Source: a virus
Taxonomy: Duplodnaviria; Caudoviricetes
Length of the DNA stretch: 24,952 nucleotides
Reading direction: 5' to 3' (one strand)
IMG/VR virus record: IMGVR_UViG_3300024042_000004
Coordinates: 1 to 24,952 of that record
Shown: piece by piece, positions 1 through 7,883 of the stretch
Numbering within the stretch: position 1 is the stretch's first letter
Layout of the letters: each line of letters opens with the position of its first letter
Translations under genes and position numbers: made by a program
The notes under the pieces: generated by a model
Seen by the model: only the letters and a program-made list of their open reading frames with translations
What the model was told of the DNA's origin: nothing
Database searches by the model: none

Positions 1-52
1 CAAGTACTCCATACGGAGCCGGTTCGGAGTACAAGGACGACTTGGTAATTAA

Positions 53-81
53 AGTATAGAAGATGTTTTAGGATGTATCAA
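53..81 (-). promoter_or_regulatory. sigma70-like promoter firing leftward out of the window
   Basis: Minus strand TTGATA (81-76), 17-nt spacer, TATACT (58-53), just downstream of the last lysis-region gene. Confidence 0.6.
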
Positions 82-107
82 GTCAAATGACACATCTAAA
101 TTTTGGC

Positions 108-389
108 TCAATCCCGCTTAACAGTAACTTTTACAAACCCATCTAACAACTTAATTACATGCTTAACATCAAGGGATGTCTCTAGTTGTTGATGCTTAAT
201 CGTGGCAACATCGTGCTGCAAGCGCTCGATTGCTTGTGATTTGGCTGCATCGGAGCGCTTTAAATTATCTACATCACTAACGATGCTTACTTGCTGATTA
301 TCCGAGCTTTTAATATTGCTGATGATAGCAGAGCCGCCGCCGATTATGCCAATGGCTACTGCAATGATGGAAATCCAGTCTTTCTTCAC
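108..389 (-). CDS. membrane-anchored coiled-coil protein of the lysis cassette (spanin-like or holin accessory)
   Basis: ORF track 108..434. Likely start is GTG at 389, overlapping the upstream TGA (GTGA). N-terminal TM (WISIIAVAIGIIGGGSAII) followed by a heptad-like segment. Confidence 0.55.
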   Translation of the reverse strand: MKKDWISIIAVAIGIIGGGSAIISNIKSSDNQQVSIVSDVDNLKRSDAAKSQAIERLQHDVATIKHQQLETSLDVKHVIKLLDGFVKVTVKRD

Positions 390-886
390 TTTTTTAACCC
401 TTCGATGACAGAGTCCTTCTTGCGAGAGCTCCATGAGCTTCCGAAATAGTAGGTCAATATAATCATCACGGCATCTTGAACACGTGCCGCTATAATATCG
501 TCCTGGGTGCCGGGATTATAAATGGCGTAAAGCTGTACCATGGCGTAGATGATAAGAAACCCTATGGCCAAGATGGTGGGCACACGGTCGTGTTGCCCTG
601 CTTTTGCTAGCTCTACCTGCCTACTTCTCGCTGAGTTTCTATCTTGTGCTGCAATTTCTTGCTGCCTGATTTCATATTGGTTATCCAGCTCTTTAAGCTT
701 AACGAGCTGCTCAGGGTTTGCCGTTGCAGCTTGTACAGCTTTTAATAGCTCATCTTCTGAGGCATCAGCATTATTGCAAAGCAATTGCTTTAAGGCGGTT
801 CCTGCTACAGCTCCAGCAGGGCCGCCTAACATACCGCCCAAGACTGGCGCTATTGGGCTAATGATTTCCTTGATTTTATCCCACAT
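386..886 (-). CDS. putative holin (3TM/GTA-holin-like)
   Basis: Gly-rich hydrophobic N-terminus (APVLGGMLGGPAGAVAG), two C-terminal TM segments, YYFGSSxSSxxKD tail, position next to the endolysin. Confidence 0.7.
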   Translation of the reverse strand: MWDKIKEIISPIAPVLGGMLGGPAGAVAGTALKQLLCNNADASEDELLKAVQAATANPEQLVKLKELDNQYEIRQQEIAAQDRNSARSRQVELAKAGQHDRVPTILAIGFLIIYAMVQLYAIYNPGTQDDIIAARVQDAVMIILTYYFGSSWSSRKKDSVIEGLKK

Positions 887-894
887 AATGACCT

Positions 895-1014
895 CTACAA
901 ACTAGGAATTGAGCAATATAATATTGTCAGCGTGCAAACTACAGCCGCTGTCGTTATGGCTATAATTAAACAGGCTGAACAAAGTGTTTTGGTGCAGTGT
1001 GGGCATTTTTTCAT
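895..1014 (-). CDS. 39-aa Cys-rich membrane peptide (not in ORF track)
   Basis: Hand translation MKKCPHCTKTLCSACLIIAITTAAVVCTLTILYCSIPSL. GGAG lies 6 nt before ATG 1014 (alternative ATG 1020). Fills the endolysin-holin gap. Confidence 0.6.
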   Translation of the reverse strand: MKKCPHCTKTLCSACLIIAITTAAVVCTLTILYCSIPSL

Positions 1015-1025
1015 TGCCATCTCCG

Positions 1026-1520
1026 TTAAATATTAAATCGTTCATAGTCTTGAATAAATTGCTTAACAGTGCCCTTGCCAAGCGCCGTGTTGTAATATTT
1101 TTTCCAATAGTTTGCTAACCCGGCCAAATCATCAGCAGCTGGCAACGGTGCTTTTACTCGCAAATAATGAATGCGACACATAGCAGTTGAGAGCTTCACG
1201 TTAGTGACCAAATCCTCAGCGGGAGGGATTGCGTCTTGTAATCTGTAGCCGCAGACTTCTAACAAATGAGATGCTAAATCAAGTTTGTACTTCAAGAAAT
1301 TTGTCCATAAATCCTTGTATGTGGCAGGCTCCATTTGATAAATGCCCAATGCAGGTCCGCCCACTTGTCTTACATATTTCCCACAATGCGACTCATGCGC
1401 ACACGTGCCAAACAGCAAGTTTTCAGCGGCTTGATTGTATAAGCCCAATGCAATTAATGTAGGTTTAATGATTTCTTCACGGAGTTTTTCTGCAGGTATT
1501 GCTTGTTCGAAAGTGGCCAT
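1026..1520 (-). CDS. putative endolysin (lysozyme-like/transglycosylase fold)
   Basis: GTCAHES catalytic-Glu-like motif, GPALGIYQMEPAT, YWKKYYNT. Lies between fibre and holin. Confidence 0.75.
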   Translation of the reverse strand: MATFEQAIPAEKLREEIIKPTLIALGLYNQAAENLLFGTCAHESHCGKYVRQVGGPALGIYQMEPATYKDLWTNFLKYKLDLASHLLEVCGYRLQDAIPPAEDLVTNVKLSTAMCRIHYLRVKAPLPAADDLAGLANYWKKYYNTALGKGTVKQFIQDYERFNI

Positions 1521-1522
1521 TT

Positions 1523-2632
1523 TTAGGTTCCTAAATAACGAATTTGAAAATAAGTTAGCGCTGAGGTTGCGCTGCCAATGGTTATATCAGCTAGATCGCT
1601 GGAGTTAGAGGCGTAAATTTCAAAGAAATCACCGAGGGTGGTAACTTTAAAATCAAAAGAACCCGGTAGCGTTATGTCACCTGAATTAAATGAAACTTCG
1701 GCCAATCGCTTAACTTGAACGCCATTTCTGTATAGGTCCATTACGAAATCTTTACCAGGCTCGCCCGGGGTGGTGATTTGATCTGACGGCAATACTGCTT
1801 TCATTGAATACCAGCCCAGTCTCGTTGGAACGAAGGCTTTTTTGTCACTATCCCACAAGCTCGCATCACCATCTTCAAAAGTATCGTAATTAACTTTAGT
1901 AGGTACGTTGCCGTGAGGCAGCACCTGGGCATTGCTCATGCGAGCCGTGCCAATCAGTACTATTTTTGGCAAATAATAGCCGTCTGCTGTGATTTTGCTT
2001 ATTTTGTCGGTTAAGCGCTCGGTTACGAAAGGCGCATTAGGATATATGGCAATATCGGATACATTAACTGCTGTATAGCCATTTTTTACTGTGACGATGT
2101 ACGCGCCTATTTTGCCGGGGTCTGGCGTAGGCGTGGTTTCCGTGCCATCGAGAGCCGCTACGCCCTGTTTAAGCTCAATCACGCACTGACCTTGGCGAGT
2201 TTGATTTTTAGTCAGGGTGGTAATAGCGCCTGTGTCGGGGTCTTTAAATTGACGTGATGCACCATCGGTGTCCACTTCTGCAAATGAGATTTGCACCAAG
2301 TGTCTAACACTAAATCCTGTCGTGCTAGGCGCAGGGCATGCCAAAGTAATTTTATCAAGGCGCACCCCTTGCTTGAGTACTTGATGGCTGTCAGTTGGCA
2401 ATGAGCTGTATGTCGTGCTATCGATGGCTTGCAAGCTATATATCTCGCCTGCACCTACCTCCACATTTAGCGAGACTGGCGAGGTTGGCGCGCAGGCTAA
2501 GCCATTAAGCAGCGTATTGGTTCCAAGTACCATGCTTGAAAGCTTTGCTAAGGCTAGCATGGCATTTCTATTGGTTTTTAATATGTCAGTATCTTGCGCC
2601 TGCTCAAAAGGCGATACAATTACTCTATCCAC
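1523..2632 (-). CDS. tail fibre/receptor-binding protein with C1q/TNF-like C-terminal domain
   Basis: Follows the wedge genes. C-terminal pattern VNYD..W...KAFVPTRLGWY...LYRNG...GDFFEIY...TYFQIRYL resembles gC1q domains. Confidence 0.7.
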   Translation of the reverse strand: MDRVIVSPFEQAQDTDILKTNRNAMLALAKLSSMVLGTNTLLNGLACAPTSPVSLNVEVGAGEIYSLQAIDSTTYSSLPTDSHQVLKQGVRLDKITLACPAPSTTGFSVRHLVQISFAEVDTDGASRQFKDPDTGAITTLTKNQTRQGQCVIELKQGVAALDGTETTPTPDPGKIGAYIVTVKNGYTAVNVSDIAIYPNAPFVTERLTDKISKITADGYYLPKIVLIGTARMSNAQVLPHGNVPTKVNYDTFEDGDASLWDSDKKAFVPTRLGWYSMKAVLPSDQITTPGEPGKDFVMDLYRNGVQVKRLAEVSFNSGDITLPGSFDFKVTTLGDFFEIYASNSSDLADITIGSATSALTYFQIRYLGT

Positions 2633-2641
2633 AACTATCTC

Positions 2642-3289
2642 CTAATCTACTATTTCTACGAGCGCGGTAACGCCTGCGGCTTTAACCGCCTGAATTAGCG
2701 CATATATGTCATCATCCGTTACCTGGCGGCCTATCAGCGCGGGGCTCCAGAAGTAACTGGTGTTGTTGTAATAAAAATCATTATTTAAAGCGGGGAAATC
2801 TGAGCCGGTTGCCAGGGGTCTAAACACGGTGATAAAAAAGGTGGCTTCATAATCATTGCCATCATGACCGTAATACGTTTCGTTATAATAAGCCGTGTAG
2901 TTATAAGCCCCCGTGTCATTGATATACCACGGCTCAAAAATGAGCGGTTTACGGCCCGTTAAGGTTTCGATAGCCAGACTAATACCCGCCCGCGTTGAGG
3001 GAAACGGTAATAAATTCGCTTTAATGCGGTTTCGGTAGGTGACGTCATCTTCGCCGGGGTGTCGCCGCAGTTTAGTTCCTAAGAAATCTTTGGCAATCAA
3101 ATCTAAATTTTCATCGGTGGCTGTGGCTAAACGCGTTTGTAGCCTGACGTATTGAAGTAAGTCATAGATATAAGCCTGTGTGTTTGCATACGCTGACAGC
3201 ACGCCCTCTAAATTCGGGTTATCATCGCCAAACCAAGGGGGCATAACCGCCAGCAGGCGGCGCAATAAGTCGTCTTGATCACCTTTCAT
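2642..3289 (-). CDS. baseplate wedge protein (P2 gpI/Mu gp48-like)
   Basis: TATDENLDLIAKDF and GEDDVTYRNRIK motifs, C-terminal VKAAG, directly after baseplate J. Confidence 0.75.
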   Translation of the reverse strand: MKGDQDDLLRRLLAVMPPWFGDDNPNLEGVLSAYANTQAYIYDLLQYVRLQTRLATATDENLDLIAKDFLGTKLRRHPGEDDVTYRNRIKANLLPFPSTRAGISLAIETLTGRKPLIFEPWYINDTGAYNYTAYYNETYYGHDGNDYEATFFITVFRPLATGSDFPALNNDFYYNNTSYFWSPALIGRQVTDDDIYALIQAVKAAGVTALVEIVD

Positions 3290-4419
3290 TAAATCACCGT
3301 TGCAGTAACGATAGGCTGGAAGGCCTCTTTAGTAGGAATTGTTATATTGGAAGTGGCACCATTTATGAGTACGTTTGCAATATCTAAAACGCCTGCGGAG
3401 GCATTTTTGGCATACGCCCAGATATAGGAATAGCGTAGCGTATCGCCCATATTGAGGTCATTTACATAGTCCGTAATGGCTTTCTCGACAGCTGCCTTTA
3501 CTTCTGTGCTGCCATAGCCTGGCGCTTTTGTGATAGTTAACGTAATGGTTACGGTATCAATAATCGGAGGATGAACTTCAAATCGTATGCCGCAGGCTCT
3601 TGTAGCATCCACTGCGTTTGTAACATCACCCAAAAGCTGAGCAGATGGGCTGCCGGACTTGTCGTCCACCACCACATAAAAATATCCTTTACGGGCGGCT
3701 CCCGTGGCATAGTCAATATGCTCGATAATGACGTATTCGAGCCCATTCTGGACATTTTCAATAGCTGACTTGATAGCCTGAACACTAGCCTTGGCCAGCC
3801 CGCCGAGATAATCGATAAACCGTGAGCGCAGGGCTTCGTCGCTCTCAACATCCTGCCCACTGGCAAAAGCCGTCGTATTGGTAACGGTATCAATGCTTGG
3901 GATACCTTGTAATATGGTATTGATTTCGCCGATGCCCACATTCCCCGCTGCGCCTGGTACATCTGCATGAACGGGGACGGAAAGGCTTGCTGTGCCGGCG
4001 GGCAGTACGTAGCCGCCCAAGCTTTCGCTATAATTAGGATGGCTAGGGTCTATGACAACAGAGAAAACTTGCGCCCCATTGGCGGTCTCTACCTTTGCGC
4101 TAAAGGGCACCACAGCTTGCAAGGTTGCAGTAAAGCGTGAGAAGGTAACGTTGCCCACAGCAGCTACCGCAGGGAGCCTTGTTAGGCCGAAGTCCTGAAC
4201 AAAGGTGTCAAGGTCAGTACCTGTGCTCGTATAGGCACGGGTAGCGGCCAATACTTTTTGTATTTCGCCTTGCTGCCATAATGTTTGCATGGCGTTTGAC
4301 TCAAGGATGGCCCGCAAGATGGCGCCGACCGATAAGTCGACAAGGGCCTTGCTTTTGGCTTGGATGGCCGTTGCCTGGTCTCTTAAGAGGGTTTCATTGC
4401 TTTTTAAGTCGAGGGCCAT
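3289..4419 (-). CDS. baseplate J-like protein
   Basis: ATRAYTSTGTDLD, GAAGNV, GQDVESDEALRSR motifs, 376 aa. Confidence 0.9.
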   Translation of the reverse strand: MALDLKSNETLLRDQATAIQAKSKALVDLSVGAILRAILESNAMQTLWQQGEIQKVLAATRAYTSTGTDLDTFVQDFGLTRLPAVAAVGNVTFSRFTATLQAVVPFSAKVETANGAQVFSVVIDPSHPNYSESLGGYVLPAGTASLSVPVHADVPGAAGNVGIGEINTILQGIPSIDTVTNTTAFASGQDVESDEALRSRFIDYLGGLAKASVQAIKSAIENVQNGLEYVIIEHIDYATGAARKGYFYVVVDDKSGSPSAQLLGDVTNAVDATRACGIRFEVHPPIIDTVTITLTITKAPGYGSTEVKAAVEKAITDYVNDLNMGDTLRYSYIWAYAKNASAGVLDIANVLINGATSNITIPTKEAFQPIVTATVI

Positions 4420-4790
4420 TATTTACTCACTTGAAAATTAAGGGTTACAATCTGGCTGCTGGCTACTTCGGCATACTGGATAAAGCAAGCCAAGCCGTCT
4501 AAGGTCGGCGTTAGCTGAATAATGGGCGAGGGAGATTTGCTAACACTGGTTTCATTGAACATTTGCGTGGTGATAATGGCTTTTATCTGCTTCTCAAGCG
4601 CCAGCGATAATGGCAAGCCAACATATTGCGCAAGACCTGCGCCATAATCAGGGTGTGCAATATAGCTGCCTGGTGGTGTTAATAGTCTGCGTATAATGCG
4701 TTGTTGCGCGGTTTCGCGGTCAGATGCAAGCAATAGGTCGCCCGTAACCCCGGCTTTTAGGTCATTGCCATAATTGTGATAAATGTCCAT
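4419..4790 (-). CDS. baseplate sheath initiator (gp25/gpW-like)
   Basis: QRIIRRLLTPPGSYIAHPDYGAGL motif, between spike and J. Confidence 0.8.
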   Translation of the reverse strand: MDIYHNYGNDLKAGVTGDLLLASDRETAQQRIIRRLLTPPGSYIAHPDYGAGLAQYVGLPLSLALEKQIKAIITTQMFNETSVSKSPSPIIQLTPTLDGLACFIQYAEVASSQIVTLNFQVSK

Positions 4791-4799
4791 GAAATATCC

Positions 4800-5468
4800 T
4801 TAGAGAGGTGCGCTGGGTCCGCTGGTGTTGCTGCCACCGGACTGTACGCCGCCGTGGGTGTGTTCGTTATAATTGTCGCGGATATGCTGAACAGTACCCT
4901 TGGCGGCATTCTTGTCGCTGATATCGCCCGTTACTAGCAAATCGCCCGTGATTTTGGTATTGCCTGTAATATCCCAGCTTGCGGCCGTGGCGGTTACATT
5001 GCCGCCAGCGTTCAGCATAACATTCCCTGTTGTGGTGATATGAAGCTCGGGGGTTGTGACGTCAATTTCAACTTTTCCATTTAAAGCCACTTTTCCATCA
5101 TTGGTAAGCTTTAGAAAGGAGCCTGTTTTATGGACCAGCCAGCACTCGCCCGCGGGGACCGATAAAGGGCGTTCGACATCATTAAAATTAAGGCCAATTA
5201 CAATACCGTCGTTATAGGAGCCTTCTTGGAAAATCACAAGGCACTCATCGCCAGGGCTTGGCGGGGTGAGTAGCCCCCAGCCATTGCCTATCCACTGACT
5301 GGCAATGGGTAAAGGTTGAGTAAGTGTACCCTCGGGCATTAACGCCACTCTTGCCGTGTAATCATTGGGGTTATAGTTTTTAACAATTCCCTTTTTAGCC
5401 ACAGATTGAAAGCCTTGCATAAGGCTAGCCTGGGCTCGCATATGATTTGCTAAGTGATGCGTGCTCAT
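4800..5468 (-). CDS. baseplate central spike (P2 gpV-like)
   Basis: OB-fold region (PSPGDECLVIF), beta-helix-like repeats, HxH apex (NEHTHGGVQSG). Confidence 0.9.
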   Translation of the reverse strand: MSTHHLANHMRAQASLMQGFQSVAKKGIVKNYNPNDYTARVALMPEGTLTQPLPIASQWIGNGWGLLTPPSPGDECLVIFQEGSYNDGIVIGLNFNDVERPLSVPAGECWLVHKTGSFLKLTNDGKVALNGKVEIDVTTPELHITTTGNVMLNAGGNVTATAASWDITGNTKITGDLLVTGDISDKNAAKGTVQHIRDNYNEHTHGGVQSGGSNTSGPSAPL

Positions 5469-6571
5469 ACTAAAACGGTGCTCTCGGTTGAATGGTTTTT
5501 AGCTGTAATGGTCATTTTATAGCCCTCATCCAGGCTCATGCGCCGTGTAATGGCGTCAGGGTAAAAGATTTGGTCAAACCCTGTGGCTGTCCCTTTGAGT
5601 TGAATAATGTTATCTACGGTTAAAATATTATCGGCGGGCAATTCTGCATACAGCCTTACCTCGTGCGCAGTGATGTCTTTTAAGAGTTGCTGGGCTTTTT
5701 GCAGGGCCTGCTCGGCCGTTAAGTTGGGGAAAATGTAACTGTATTGCTGAACCCCGGGGTCTCGCTTACCTTTTTTGTTGCGGATAGAGCGAGCCGTCTT
5801 TGTAAAGCCCTTCTTTTGCTTTGAGTTCCAGCTATGCACTTTCACAATCACATCTTTAGCCAGTGTGAGGCTGCGCGAGAGCTTGAGAGCCATGCCGTTA
5901 TAGCGCGGATAAGCACTTGTTGTATCGGGCGCCTGCCATTCGAGCAGATAAGGATTATCGCTGGGTTCTGGCAAGGGCTGGAAATAAAGGGTGTCGCCTT
6001 TAACAAAGACGCTAAATTGTTCTTGGTTAGCGAGGAAAGTTAGCAAGTCCCATTCAGTATGCTGGTTCGTGGTTAGCGTTTGCGTTATCGCGTAGAACTT
6101 GCCGACTTTCGTGCTGGTCGTAATGACAAATGATTTAAGATTACGCCGTGATGCTAACTTTTGGGCAATTTGTGAGGCCGTGAGATTATCAAAGCCTTCG
6201 GTTGTTTTGTTATCAATAAAACGGGCAACTAGATTACGGCCTGATAAGACAATCAGGGAGCGCTCAGGGTCATATTCAACTTCGTCCGCTTCGCCCAAGA
6301 TGAGGCTTTTTAAATCGGTGTTGCTGTAATTGTCGGGGTCGTTAGGGAACCCTGCAAAGATTTCAATAAGCAAGGGGGATGTGCTGGCCCAATAATGAGG
6401 CGTTAGGCTATCGTCTTGGCCGCTAATGGGCAGCTCCACCCGAAAGGTGTCTGCTTGATAGTGATTGTTATTGGTGACCTCAAAGCTAATCCAGCTCACG
6501 GGTACCTCGTTAATCACAACCATGCCGCGGGGCTGTCTGCCAAAGGATACTGCCGGAACCTCATTTAGCAT
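5465..6571 (-). CDS. baseplate hub protein (P2 gpD/Mu gp44-like)
   Basis: 368 aa, EWDLLTFLA..F.VFVKGDTLYF, position between LysM-like and spike genes. Confidence 0.8.
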   Translation of the reverse strand: MLNEVPAVSFGRQPRGMVVINEVPVSWISFEVTNNNHYQADTFRVELPISGQDDSLTPHYWASTSPLLIEIFAGFPNDPDNYSNTDLKSLILGEADEVEYDPERSLIVLSGRNLVARFIDNKTTEGFDNLTASQIAQKLASRRNLKSFVITTSTKVGKFYAITQTLTTNQHTEWDLLTFLANQEQFSVFVKGDTLYFQPLPEPSDNPYLLEWQAPDTTSAYPRYNGMALKLSRSLTLAKDVIVKVHSWNSKQKKGFTKTARSIRNKKGKRDPGVQQYSYIFPNLTAEQALQKAQQLLKDITAHEVRLYAELPADNILTVDNIIQLKGTATGFDQIFYPDAITRRMSLDEGYKMTITAKNHSTESTVLV

Positions 6572-6872
6572 TTAAAATGCCTCCCGAGGATTGTGCGGCT
6601 TTCTTAGGAATAACAAGCTTGTTAATGCCTTCTAAAAAAGGGTCTATCAGCCCATTGGCCTCGGCAATTTGTGTCCATAACGTATGGTCGCCATATTCTT
6701 TGGCCGCAATGGAGAATAAATCGCCATTAATGACGGTAATCACTTTCGCATTCGGTGCTGCATTGATAAGGGCTAAGTTAGCTTTAATGCGACCAAGCTT
6801 GGCTTGCAGTAAATACAAGTTGTGCAGTGTGGTTAGCTCGTCGGCTATAACGTTATTGGGTAGTGTGGTCAT
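6561..6872 (-). CDS. LysM-like baseplate protein (P2 gpX-like)
   Basis: VINGDLFSIAAKEYGDHTLWTQIAEANGLIDP...LVIP LysM-like pattern. Confidence 0.8.
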   Translation of the reverse strand: MTTLPNNVIADELTTLHNLYLLQAKLGRIKANLALINAAPNAKVITVINGDLFSIAAKEYGDHTLWTQIAEANGLIDPFLEGINKLVIPKKAAQSSGGILNAK

Positions 6873-7068
6873 TATGGCTTAGCTTATAATTTATATAATT
6901 GTTTAGTGCAGGCACCATCTCGTGAACGAGTAGAGACAAGCCCCACAAGATGAGAAATAAGCAAATTCCTTTAGAAACCCGTTCCTTTTGTTTACGCGAT
7001 AACTCTTTGCTCATCATAAAAACCGCTAGTATTTTGAAAAATGCACTTGGGATGTTAAAATTGTCCAT
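6853..7068 (-). CDS. small membrane protein of antisense cassette A
   Basis: 71 aa, TM GICLFLILWGLSLLV, SD AGGAGG 9 nt upstream of ATG. Confidence 0.7.
   Translation of the reverse strand: MDNFNIPSAFFKILAVFMMSKELSRKQKERVSKGICLFLILWGLSLLVHEMVPALNNYINYKLSHNDHTTQ
7034..7061 (+). promoter_or_regulatory. promoter of antisense RNA A
   Basis: TTGAAA (7034-7039), 16-nt spacer, extended -10 TGtTAAAAT (7053-7061). Confidence 0.6.
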
Positions 7069-7176
7069 AGCAATTGCCTCCTGTTTAGGTAATTGACGCG
7101 CCTTCGGTAATTGGGTTTACGCGAAGGCATAAAAAAAGCCCTCAAAGGTTGCTGCCAATGAGGGCTTTGTTGTTTT
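7069..7176 (+). ncRNA. putative antisense small RNA, copy A
   Basis: CAATTGCCT-cctgttt-AGGTAATTG; GCCTTCG GTAA-ttgggt-TTAC g CGAAGGC; AAAGCCCTCA...TGAGGGCTTT. Same architecture as copies B and C. Confidence 0.65.
7131..7176. terminator. potentially bidirectional intrinsic terminator
   Basis: 10-bp stem AAAGCCCTCA/TGAGGGCTTT. A7 on the left (U7 for minus-strand RNA) and TTTGTTGTTTT on the right. Confidence 0.65.
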
Positions 7177-7261
7177 CAGGGGATTTGTTTTATTGTTTCA
7201 AATTCAATTTTTGTGTCAATACGCTACATGCAAATAGTGGGTACAAAATGGCCCCATTATT

Positions 7262-7882
7262 TTAAAACAAGTTTTTTGATAACGCGCTAATGGCCGAGCC
7301 AACTTGGCTTTGTGCCTGACTTAAAGGCCTCAATATATTATTAACCACAGGCTGCGTAACATCCTTTAGCCCTGGCAATACCTTTGCAGCATCATTAAGC
7401 AACGAGGTAGCCGTGCTGATTGAGGGATTGCGGATAGCGTCGGCTATGTCCATGGCATCTTGAATATCGCGCATAATATCGTCAATAAAGTTGCCTAAGG
7501 GTGAAGACCTAACGGGGTCTGTCAGATTTTCGATAACCAGCAAGGATAGCGTATAGGGCACTTTGTTAGAGCGCTGAAATTGCGCCTCAAAGGATTTTAT
7601 AAGTACTGTGTAATAAAACTCACCGTACTGGAAATCTAGTGGTTGCCCATCACTTCGGAGCGTGTCTAAAAATCTTGCCCTATCGACAGCCCCATCACCA
7701 AAGAACAAGCCGCTCCATGAAATCATGCTTTCGCTACGACCCATGGCATCGACCACACGCTCACCGCCGACCATTTCATGTACGGCACAGCGTTGCTCAC
7801 CACCAAAGTTAATGCTCTCGGGCAATTCGTGGGTTTGAAACTCAAAATCACCGAGCTGTACTTTTATTCTGAGACTTAGCAT
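7262..7882 (-). CDS. tail tube initiator (P2 gpU-like)
   Basis: LGDFEF..ELPESINFGGEQRCAVHEMVGG.RVVDAMG, directly after tape measure. Confidence 0.7.
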   Translation of the reverse strand: MLSLRIKVQLGDFEFQTHELPESINFGGEQRCAVHEMVGGERVVDAMGRSESMISWSGLFFGDGAVDRARFLDTLRSDGQPLDFQYGEFYYTVLIKSFEAQFQRSNKVPYTLSLLVIENLTDPVRSSPLGNFIDDIMRDIQDAMDIADAIRNPSISTATSLLNDAAKVLPGLKDVTQPVVNNILRPLSQAQSQVGSAISALSKNLF

Positions 7883-7883
7883 A

